The position numbers were made by a program, and so were the translations under genes. Shown here piece by piece: positions 46,434 through 64,000 of a stretch of DNA of 64,000 nucleotides; position 1 is the stretch's first letter; each line of letters begins with the position of its first letter. Under the pieces are notes generated by a model. The model ran no database searches. It had not been told where the DNA came from and was given only the letters and a program-made list of their open reading frames with translations. This stretch comes from Macrostomum lignano (taxonomy: Eukaryota), in assembly GCA_002269645.1 (NCBI GenBank), contig NIVC01001293.1:1-64000 (forward strand), written 5' to 3'.

Positions 46434-47169
46434 TGCGGGGGAAGCCCAAACCAAACCAACCCCCCTCAAACCCGTCGCCCGACCGCCGTCCAGGGGCATG
46501 CGCCACTAAAGCCTTAGTCATTTACTCTTCCACCCCTTTTCCAACCGAGGCCTTTCTAACCCTCAAGACTCTCTCTCTTTCCAGCCCCCTCAGCCCGATA
46601 AAATTTTGGCGCTGGGGTGGGCGCATTGCTTGCGTGGAAATGTGCTATGGCTGTGGCCTTTCCAGTCCAAAAGGCCCTCTCTCTCCTCTCGTGTCTGGTC
46701 TGCTCTGCTCTCATATTTAGCCAACGCTAGCCAACTTTTCGGTGCAATGGTTTATAGATCGGAAATTCCGACCGTCTAACTAAGAAAACCTTACTGTGCT
46801 TTCTCCTCTTGGCCTTCCCCAAACGGGCAAAGATCTAGGAGAGGAAAAGAGAAGCGACTAGAGAAGACGAGTTGATTGTATTGTCTGATCCGGAGCCCTG
46901 GATAGCCGGTAGAACCCTGGAAAGTGGAAACGCTGTCCAGCCGGCCATCAGCTTCTCCGCTAGAGGTCGCCAACTATCATCGATTCAATACGGTGTCATC
47001 ACATCGGAGTCGGAGAACTTCCATGCCAACTTTGTAGTACGGCGACCATTTTTATGAAGGCTTAGGCCTGCCACCGTCATCTTCATTATCACTTTCCCAC
47101 TCTCATTCGAGCAGTTGGTTACCATCATTCGTGCTAGTTAACTTTCATTGACAAGTAAGATATTCGAGC

Positions 47170-54397
<7,228 letters not shown>

Positions 54398-54819
54398 GAA
54401 ATATTGTCAAATATGCTTCATAATTCATCAACCTTGCAATCTGCTTTTGTTTTGTGTTGTGTACAAAAATTACCTGTACATGTAGTTACGCCGCATATTT
54501 TTATTATCGTAACTAAACGCCCATGCCATTCGGCAACAAAGCTGCGCTGGGTCTTTGTCGCTTGACAATGGGCATTTTTTGTTTGTCTGTTTTACTCCCA
54601 CGATTATATTTCTCATTTGTTTTGCTGTAAACTCAGTTTTTAGCTTGCCGCATCACCGTTGCGTTATTCAGAGCACCCTGACCCATCGATACTACTGCTT
54701 TGATCTTTGCTTTTAACTCTTTGCTTCTGTGTGCGGAGGCACTGTATCCAGTTTATTGCAATCTGAAACTGTTCGGGTGCGTTCATTTTATGGTATTGTA
54801 ACAGTTTATTATGGAATTA

Positions 54820-55580
54820 TGGGATTCTTCAATTTATGAATATGTTTATGGAATTCCCCTCTTTATGAACATGTAATTTTGGGATTCCCTAATTTATAAA
54901 TATGGAATTATGCGATTCCCCAATTTATGAATATGGAATTATGTGATTCCCCAATTTATGAATATGGAATTATGTGATTCCCCAATTTATAAATATGGAA
55001 TTACGGGATTCCCCAATTTATGAATATGGAATTATGTGATTCCCCAATTTATGAATATGGAATTATGTGATTCCCCAATTTATGAATATGGAATTATGGG
55101 ATTCCCCAATTTATGAATATGGAATTATGTGATTCCCCAATTTATGAATATGGAATTATGGGATTCCACAATTTATGAATATGGAATTATGGGATTCCCC
55201 AATTTATGAATATGGAATTATGGGATTCCATAATTTATAAATATGGAATTATGTGATTCCCCAATTTATGAATATGGAATTATGGGATTCCCCAATTTAT
55301 AAATATGGAATTATGGGATTCCCCAATTTATGAATATGGAATTATGGGATTCCCCAATTTATGAATATGGAATTATGCGATTCCCCAATTTATGAATATG
55401 GAATTATGGGATTCCCCAATTTATAAATATGGAATTATGCGATTCCCCAATTTATAAATATGGAATTATGGGATTCCCCAATTTATGAATATGGAATTAT
55501 GGGATTCCCCAATTTATGAATATGGAATTATGGGATTCCCCAATTTATGAATATGGAATTATGGGATTCCCCAATTTGAG
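54820..55580. repeat. 31-bp minisatellite (GGAATTATGGGATTCCCCAATTTATGAATAT)
   Basis: Period 31 (54901, 54932 and onward). Confidence 0.95.
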
Positions 55581-55755
55581 ATTTCGGAGTTTATTAAATT
55601 CAGCTCGTACAGACCATAAAAGCGTTACAATCTGCACATTTCATGGTATAAACATTATTTGATTTATTGATAAAAAATTGATTTACTCTCACCTTTCTAC
55701 TCATAATAGCAATCAGCGATTGCAAATCGCGACGAGATTAAAAAAGTAAACATGA

Positions 55756-57838
55756 ATGCCGGCATTTATACGATATGCGATTTTCGTAATTAACGTTTTT
55801 TTATTAACTATTTTGCTTGCTGGTCTCGGCGCTATTGAAGCTAACACAAATAATAATAACGAGTATAATAAATGGGTTCCCCGACGCGTGCACCAATTTA
55901 ATTTAAGCCGTGTATCATTGTTTCCGCCACACCTGTCCCTCGGCCACCGCCTCCCCAACTCTGTCTCTCTTTCAGCGGCACCATTTTCTCTATTTGCAAA
56001 TTTTGAATGACAAAAGCAGCAACAGAAATACACAAGTAGTACACCTAGTGTCTCTGGGAGAACTTTGACAGAGCAACAATGGGGTGTCTGTGTGGTGACG
56101 TCATTATGCCACAGGCCCCGCTAAAGTATTCTCAAGTTAGACATTTCCTGTTGTTTTCTTGGGGGGAGGCAAGCTCTGGTTTATATGCATTTGGAGATTC
56201 AGGCGACTTGAGATTCAGGCAACTTGAGATTCAGGCTACTTGAGATTCAGGCAACTCAAGCTTCAGGAAACTTGAGATTCAGGAAACTTGAGATTCAGGC
56301 AACTTGAGATTCAGGCGACTTGAGATTCAGGCAACTTGAGATTCAGGCAACTTGAGATTCAGGCTACTTGAGATTCAGGCAACTCAAGCTTCAGGAAACT
56401 TGAGATTCAGGCAACTTGAGATTCAAGCAACTTGAGATTCAGGCAACTTGAGATTCAGGCTACTTGAGATTCAGGCTACTTGAGATTCAGGCTACTTGAG
56501 ATTCAGGCTACTTGAGATTCAGGCTACTTGAGATTCAGGCACTTGAGATTCAGGCAACTGAGATTCAGGCAACTTGAGATTGATCAGGCAACTTGAGATT
56601 CAGGAAACTTGAGATTCAGGCAACTGAGATTCAGGCAACTGAGATTCAGGCAACTTGAGATTCAGGAAACTTGAGATTCAGGCAACTTTAGATTCAGGAA
56701 ACTTGAGATTCAGGAAACTTCAGATTCAGGCAGGCTGGGACAATCCTGCACATGAGATTCAGGATGAGATTCAGGCAGGCTGGGATGCCTGTAAGCAAAG
56801 GCAGCTACATGTAGTTCGCATACTGAAGTGGCAATGAGGTCATAAGTTAGTTATGCCCAGTTAGTTATGAAACAGCAGTGCAAACAGCCAGTTCCAAACA
56901 GACGCTCAATGCAGAGTTTGTACACGGGTACCTGACGACAGGTTGTTTACCCCATGCAAACAAACAGGGGCATACATGTCTCTATATGCATACATTGCTA
57001 ACCAAACTCCACTGTGTGCTAAGCTCAGAGGTCTTTTTGCAGCCAACTGAATTATAAAAATTGCCTTAAGCGATTGGCAAGTCGGTACTGCGCTGCGGGT
57101 CTCATATGCAGTCTCATATTGAGTCAGCTGTGAATCTCTGCGCAGGAATTAAGTTGAAAAGTAGAATTTTGCTGCAACTTCCAAGCTCAAGATCGGCTTT
57201 TAATTTGAGAACATGTGAGTTTAGTGCATGTAGCTGTCATTTAAAGTAATACCTCACTCACCGCTCACACACTCACTCACTCACTCATTCACTCGCTCAC
57301 TCACTCACTCACTCACTCACTCACTCACTCACTCACTCACTCACTCACTCACTAACTCACTCACTCACTCACTCACTCACTAACTCACTCACTCACTCAA
57401 TCACTCACTCACTCACTCACTCACTCACTCACTCACTCACTCACTCACTCACTCACTCACTCACTCATCCCCAGGCCGATTTCCAGACGCCAGCAGGCGG
57501 CACCGCGGCCGCCCCGCCTCCGCAGTCTGGTCCGCTTCCTGCTGCTCTGCGGCCGCCTGCGCTCGGAGTTCAGCCTCGCCAACCGTCAGGACGACGAGAT
57601 CTGGCCGTTCATCCGGCACTACGACTTCCGCCTTGTCCAGGAGCCCTCGGACCTGCTGTTCGACCTGTCCCAGTACCGGGTGAACCGGCAGGCTCGGGTG
57701 CCGACGGAGGTGGCGCAAATTCTGCGCAAAGAGCCGGTCGACCGGACAGCTGCCGAGCTGTTCACCGCCCAGGTGCACCTGCGGAGCTACAAGGCCATCG
57801 CTGATTATCCGATCAGGATGCAGGCCCAGGTGGCCAGG
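55756..57838 (+). CDS. 5' part of an unidentified, probably secreted protein; gene continues beyond the window
   Basis: ATG 55756 opens a signal-peptide-like MPAFIRYAIFVINVFLLTILLAGLGAIEA (donor not resolved). A clear GC-rich exon 57475-57838 (CCCCAG|G ... AGG|GTGCGT) encodes PISRRQQ...DEIWPFIRHYDFRLVQEPSDLLFDLSQY...TAAELFTAQVHLRSYK...QVAR. Linkage of the two parts is inferred. Confidence 0.55.
56205..56725. repeat. 16-bp minisatellite (CTTGAGATTCAGGCAA)
   Basis: Period 16. Confidence 0.93.
57255..57465. repeat. (ACTC)n microsatellite running up to the acceptor at 57474
   Basis: Direct. Confidence 0.95.
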
Positions 57839-57889
57839 GTGCGTTTGCGAACCTGCGGTTTCCTCGCTTCAGTTTTTATTCATCTCAAT

Positions 57890-60800
57890 CACTCCCTCTC
57901 CATGTCTCTCAGTCCCTCCCTGTGTCTTTCAGTCCCTCCCTGTGTCTTTCAGTCCCTCCCTGTGTCTCTCAGTCCCTCCCTGTGTCTCTCAGTCCCTCCC
58001 TGTGTCTCTCAGTCCCTCCCTGTGTCTCTCAGTCCCTCCCTGTGTCTTTCAGTCCCTCCCTGTGTCTCTCAGTCCCGTTCTGTGTCTCTCAGTCCCTCCC
58101 TGTGTCTCTCAGTCCCTCCCTGTGTCTCTCAGTCCCTCCCTGTGTCTTTCAGTCCCTTTCTGTGTCTCTCAGTCCCTCCCTGTGTCTCTCAGTCCCTCCC
58201 TGTGGCTTTCAGTCCCTCCCTGTGTCTTTCAGTCCCTCCCTGTGTCTTTAGGTCCCTTTCTGTGTCTCTCAGTCCCTTTCTGTGTCTCTCAGTCCCTCCC
58301 TGTGTCTCTCAGTCCCTCTCAGTGTCTCTCAGTCCCTCTCTGTGTCTCTCAGTCCCTCTCAGTGTCTCTTAGTCACTCTCTGTGTCTCTTAGTCCCTCTC
58401 TGTGTCTCTTAGTCCCTCCCTGTGTCTCTCAGTCCCTCTCTGTGTCTCTCAGTCCCTCCCTGTGTCTTTCAGTCCCTTTCTGTGTCTCTCAGTCCCTCCC
58501 TGTGTCTCTCAGTCCCTCCCTGTGTCTCTCAGTCCCGTTCTGTGTCTCTCAGTCCCTTTCTGTGTCTTTCAGTCCCTTTCTGTGTCTCTCAGTCCCTCCC
58601 TGTGTCTCTCACTCCCTCCCGGTGTCTCTCAGTCCTTCCCTGTGTCTTTCAGTCCCTTTCTGTGTCTCTCAGTCCCTTTCTGTGTCTCTCAGTCCCTCCC
58701 TGTGTCTCTCAGTCCCTCCCTGTGTCTCTCAGTCCCTCCCTGTGTCTTTCAGTCCCTTTCTGTGTCTCTCAGTCCCTTTCTGTGTCTCTCAGTCCCTACC
58801 TGTGTCTCTCAGTCCCTCTCTGTGTCTTTCATTCCCTCCTTACGTCTCTCAGTCCCTCTCTGTGTCTTTTAGTCCCTCCCTGTGTCTCTCAGTCTCTCCC
58901 TGTGTCTCTCAGTCCCTCCCTGTGTCTTTCAGTCCCTTTCTGTGTCTCTCAGTCCCTTTCTGTGTCTCTCAGTCCCTCCCTGTGTCTCTCAGTCCCTCTC
59001 TGTGTCTTTCAGTCCCTCCTTACGTCTCTCAGTCCCTCTCTGTGTCTTTTAGTCCCTCCCTGTGTCTCTCAGTCTCTCCCTGTGTCTCTCAGTCCCTCCC
59101 TGTGTCTTTCAGTCCCTTTCTGTGTCTCTCAGTCCCTTTCTGTGCCTCTCAGTCCCTCTCTGTGTCTCTCAGTCCCTCCCTGTGTCTTTCAGTCCCTCCC
59201 TGTGTCTCTCAGTCCCTTCCTGTGTCTCTCAGTCCCTCCCTGTGTCTCTCAGTCCCTCCCTGTGTCTTTCAGTCCCTTTCTGTGTCTCTCAGTCCCGTTT
59301 CTGTGTCTCTCAGTCCCTCCCTGTGTCTCTCAGTCCCTTTTTGTGTCTCTCAGTCCCTTTCTGTGTCTCTCAGTCCCTCTCAGTGTCTCTTAGTCCCTCT
59401 CTGTGTCTCTCAGTCCCTCTCAGTGTCTCTTAGTCCCTCTCTGTGTCTCTTAGTCCCTCTCTGTGTCTCTTAGTCCCTCCCTGTGTCTCTTAGTCCCTCC
59501 CTGTGTCTCTTAGTCCCTTCTTGTGTCTTTCAGTCCCTCCTTATGTCTCTCAGTCCCTCTCTGTGTCTTTTAGTCCCTCCCTGTGTCTCTCAGTCCCTCT
59601 CTGTGTCTCTCAGTCCCTCCCTGTGTCTTTCAGTCCCTTTCTGTGTCTCTCATCCCTCCCTGTGTCTCTCACTCCCTCCCGGTGTCTCTCAGTCCTTCCC
59701 TGTGTCTTTCAGTCCCTTTCTGTGTCTCTCAGTCCCTTTCTGTGTCTCTCAGTCCCTCCCTGTGTCTTTCAGTCCCTCCCTGTGTCTTTCAGTCCCTCCC
59801 TGTGTCTTTCAGTCCCTTTCTGTGTCTCTCAGTCCCTTTCTGTGTCTCTCAGTCCCTGTGTCTCTCAGTCCCTCTCTGTGTCTTTCATTCCCTCCTTACG
59901 TCTCTCAGTCCCTCTCTGTGTCTTTTAGTCCCTCCCTGTGTCTCTCAGTCTCTCCCTGTGTCTCTCAGTCCCTCCCTGTGTCTTTCAGTCCCTTTCTGTG
60001 TCTCTCAGTCCCTTTCTGTGTCTCTCAGTCCCTCCCTGTGTCTCTCAGTCCCTCCCTGTGTCTCTCACTCCCTCCCTGTGTCTTTCAGTCCCTTTCTGTG
60101 TCTCTCAGTCCCTTTCTGTGTCTCTCAGTCCCTCCCTGTTTCTCTCAGTCCCTCTCTGTGTCTCTCAGTCCCTCCCTGTGTCTCTCAGTCCCTCTCAGTG
60201 TCTCTTAGTCCCTCTCTGTGTCTCTTAGTCCCTCTCTGTGTCTCTTAGTCCCTTCCTGTGTCTCTTAGTCCCTCCCTGTGTCTTTCAGTCCCTTTTTGTG
60301 TCTCTCAGTCCCGTTTCTGTGTCTCTCAGTCTCTCCCTGTGTCTCTCAGTCCCTCCCTGTGTCTCTCAGTCCCTCTCTGTGTCTCTCAGTCCCTCCCTGT
60401 GTCTTTCAGTCCCTTTCTGTGTCTCTCAGTCCCTTTCTGTGTCTCTCAGTCCCTCTCAGTGTCTCTTAGTCCCTCTCTGTGTCTCTCAGTCCCTCTCAGT
60501 GTCTCTTAGTCCCTCTCTGTGTCTCTCAGTCCCTCCCTGTGTCTCTCAGTCCCTCCCTGTGTCTCTCAGTCCCTCCCTGTGTCTTTCAGTCCCTTTCTGT
60601 GTCTCTCAGTCCCTTTCTGTGTCTCTCAGTCCCTCTCAGTGTCTCTTAGTCCCTCTCTGTGTCTCTCAGTCCCTCCCTGTGTCTCTCAGTCCCTCCCTGT
60701 GTCTCTTAGTCCCTCCCTGTGTCTCTTAGTCCCTTCTTGTGTCTTTCAGTCCCTCCTTATGTCTCTCAGTCCCTCTCTGTGTCTTTTAGTCCCTCCCTGT

Positions 60801-63800
60801 GTCTCTCAGTCCCTCCCTGTGTCTCTCAGTCCCTCCCTGTGTCTTTCAGTCCCTTTCTGTGTCTCTCAGTCCCTCCCTGTGTCTCTCACTCCCTCCCGGT
60901 GTCTCTCAGTCCTTCCCTGTGTCTTTCAGTCCCTTTCTGTGTCTCTCAGTCCCTTTCTGTGTCTCTCAGTCCCTCCCTGTGTCTTTCAGTCCCTCCCTGT
61001 GTCTCTCAGTCCCTCCCTGTGTCTTTCAGTCCCTTTCTGTGTCTCTCAGTCCCTACCTGTGTCTCTCAGTCCCTCTCTGTGTCTTTCATTCCCTCCTTAC
61101 GTCTCTCAGTCCCTCTCTGTGTCTTTTAGTCCCTCCCTGTGTCTCTCAGTCTCTCCCTGTGTCTCTCAGTCCCTCCCTGTGTCTTTCAGTCCCTTTCTGT
61201 GTCTCTCAGTCCCTTTCTGTGTCTCTCAGTCCCTTTCTGTGTCTCTCAGTCCCTCCCTGTGTCTCTCACTCCCTCCCTGTGTCTTTCAGTTCCTTTCTGT
61301 GTCTCTCAGTCCCTTTCTGTGTCTCTCAGTCCCTACCTGTGTCTCTCAGTCCCTCCCTGTGTCTCTCAGTCCCTCCCTGTGTCTTTCAGTCCCTCCCTGT
61401 GTCTCTCAGTCCCTCCCTGTGTCTTTCAGTCCCTTTCTGTGTCTCTCAGTCCCTTTCTGTGTCTCTCAGTCCCTCCCTGTGTCTCTCAGTCCCTCCCTGT
61501 GTCTCTCAGTCCCTCTCTGTGTCTCTCAGTCCCTCCCTGTGTCTTTCAGTCCCTTTCTGTGTCTCTCATCCCTCCCTGTGTCTCTCACTCCCTCCCGGTG
61601 TCTCTCAGTCCTTCCCTGTGTCTTTCAGTCCCTTTCTGTGTCTCTCAGTCCCTTTCTGTGTCTTTCAGTCCCTTTCTGTGTCTCTCAGTCCCTTTCTGTG
61701 CCTCTCAGTCCCTTTCTGTGTCTCTCAGTCCCTCCCTGTGTCTTTCAGTCCCTCCCTGTGTCTCTCAGTCCCTCCCTGTGTCTCTCAGTCCCTTTTTGTG
61801 TCTCTCAGTCCCTCCCTGTGTCTTTCAGTCCCTCTCTGTGTCTCTCAGTCCCTTTCTGTGTCTTTCAGTCCCTTTCTGTGTCTCTCAGTCCCTTTCTGTG
61901 TCTCTCAGTCCCTCTCAGTGTCTCTTAGTCCCTCCCTGTGTCTCTTAGTCCCTCCCTGTGTCTCTTAGTCCCTTCTTGTGTCTTTCAGTCCCTCCTTATG
62001 TCTCTCAGTCCCTCTCTGTGTCTTTTAGTCCCTCCCTGTGTCTCTCAGTCCCTTCCTGTGTCTCTCAGTCCCTCCCTGTGTCCTTCAGTCCCTTTCTGTG
62101 TCTCTCAGTCCCTCCCTGTGTCTCTCAGTCCCTCTCTGTGTCTTTTAGTCCCTCCCTGTGTCTCTCAGTCCCTCCCTGTGTCTCTCAGTCCCTCCCTGTG
62201 TCTTTCAGTCCCTTTCTGTGTCTCTCAGTCCCTTTCTGTGTCTCTCAGTCCCTCTCAGTGTCTCTTAGTCCCTCTCTGTGTCTCTTAGTCCCTCTCTGTG
62301 TCTCTTAGTCCCTCCCTGTGTCTCTTAGTCCCTCCCTGTGTCTCTTAGTCCCTTCTTGTGTCTTTCAGTCCCTCCTTATGTCTCTCAGTCCCTCTCTGTG
62401 TCTTTTAGTCCCTCCCTGTGTCTCTCAGTCCCTCCCTGTGTCTCTCAGTCCCTCCCTGTGTCTTTCAGTCCCTTTCTGTGTCTCTCAGTCCCTCCCTGTG
62501 TCTCTCACTCCCTCCCGTGTCTCTCAGTCCTTCCCTGTGTCTTTCAGTCCCTTTCTGTGTCTCTCAGTCCCTTTCTGTGTCTCTCAGTCCCTCCCTGTGT
62601 CTTTCAGTCCCTCCCTGTGTCTCTCAGTCCCTCCCTGTGTCTTTCAGTCCCTTTCTGTGTCTCTCAGTCCCTACCTGTGTCTCTCAGTCCCTCTCTGTGT
62701 CTTTCAGTCCCTCCTTACGTCTCTCAGTCCCTCTCTGTGTCTTTTAGTCCCTCCCTGTGTCTTTCAGTCTCTCCCTGTGTCTCTCAGTCCCTCCCTGTGT
62801 CTTTCAGTCCCTTTCTGTGTCTCTCAGTCCCTTTCTGTGTCTCTCAGTCCCTTTCTGTGTCTCTCAGTCCCTCCCTGTGTCTCTCACTCCCTCCCTGTGT
62901 CTTTCAGTTCCTTTCTGTGTCTCTCAGTCCCTTTCTGTGTCTTTCAGTCCCTACCTGTGTCTCTCAGTCCCTCCCTGTGTCTCTCAGTCCCTCCCTGTGT
63001 CTTTCAGTCCCTCCCTGTGTCTCTCAGTCCCTCCCTGTGTCTTTCAGTCCCTTTCTGTGTCTCTCAGTCCCTTTCTGTGTCTCTCAGTCCCTCCCTGTGT
63101 CTCTCAGTCCCTCCCTGTGTCTTTCAGTCCCTCCCTGTGTCTTTCAGTCCCTTTCTGTGTCTCTCAGTCCCTCCCTGTGTCTCTCAGTCCCTTTCTGTGT
63201 CTCTCAGTCCCTCTCAGTGTCTCTTAGTCCCTCTCTGTGTCTCTCAGTCCCTCTCAGTGTCTCTTAGTCCCTCCCTGTGTCTCTTAGTCCCTCTCTGTGT
63301 CTCTTAGTCCCTCCCTGTGTCTCTTAGTCCCTCCCTGTGTCTCTTAGTCCCTTCTTGTGTCTTTCAGTCCCTCCTTATGTCTCTCAGTCCCTCTCTGTGT
63401 CTTTTAGTCCCTCCCTGTGTCTCTCAGTCCCTCTCTGTGTCTCTCAGTCCCTCCCTGTGTCTTTCAGTCCCTTTCTGTGTCTCTCAGTCCCTCCCTGTGT
63501 CTCTCACTCCCTCCCGGTGTCTCTCAGTCCTTCCCTGTGTCTTTCAGTCCCTTTCTGTGTCTCTCAGTCCCTTTCTGTGTCTCTCAGTCCCTCCCTGTGT
63601 CTTTCAGTCCCTCCCTGTGTCTTTCAGTCCCTCCCTGTGTCTTTCAGTCCCTTTCTGTGTCTCTCAGTCCCTTTCTGTGTCTCTCAGTCCCTACCTGTGT
63701 CTCTCAGTCCCTCTCTGTGTCTTTCATTCCCTCCTTACGTCTCTCAGTCCCTCTCTGTGTCTTTTAGTCCCTCCCTGTGTCTCTCAGTCTCTCCCTGTGT

Positions 63801-64000
63801 CTCTCAGTCCCTCCCTGTGTCTTTCAGTCTCTTTCTGTGTCTCTCAGTCCCTTTCTGTGTCTCTCAGTCCCTCCCTGTGTCTCTCAGTCCCTCCTGTGTC
63901 TCTCACTCCCTCCCTGTGTCTTTCAGTCCCTTTCTGTGTCTCTCAGTCCCTTTCTGTGTCTCTCAGTCCCTCCCTGTTTCTCTCAGTCCCTCTCTGTGTC
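57890..64000. repeat. 20-bp pyrimidine-rich satellite (TGTGTCTCTCAGTCCCTCCC), about 300 copies, intronic, truncated by the window edge
   Basis: Direct periodicity with recurring variant blocks. Confidence 0.98.

Noticed and set aside
57680-63767. Many long S/L/P/V/C-rich ORFs
   Set aside because: Products of the 20-bp satellite. Only 57475-57838 is exon-like and it has a donor at 57839.

Overview
Eukaryotic (metazoan) genomic DNA with GT-AG intron-split genes, GC-rich exons and very dense 16-50 bp minisatellites. The architecture suggests a free-living flatworm such as Macrostomum; that is an inference, not a database result. Five conserved genes were reconstructed by hand with splice phases checked: unkempt (-, six CCCH fingers), RhoGDI (+), RASEF/Rab45-like EF-hand Rab (-), WAPL (+) and Nemo-like kinase (+). 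The window also holds a tRNA-Arg(CCG), a two-exon orphan gene with a signal peptide, the start of an unidentified secreted-protein gene, two copies of a tRNA-derived SINE, four short hAT-type elements, a decayed Tc1/IS630 transposon, a 156-bp palindrome and a foldback-like structure whose arms are satellite arrays. There are no prokaryotic features and no CRISPR array. Most long ORFs in the supplied track are repeat or antisense artefacts. Best leads: (1) local domains of directional C>T/G>A hypermutation (CpG, apparently also CpA), shown by a pair of SINE copies; (2) a TGA in unkempt that sits 5 nt before an intron and in frame with a further exon; (3) the satellite-armed foldback; (4) intron-specific minisatellites that share short cores and, in one case, have a single-copy monomer nearby; (5) the orphan gene.
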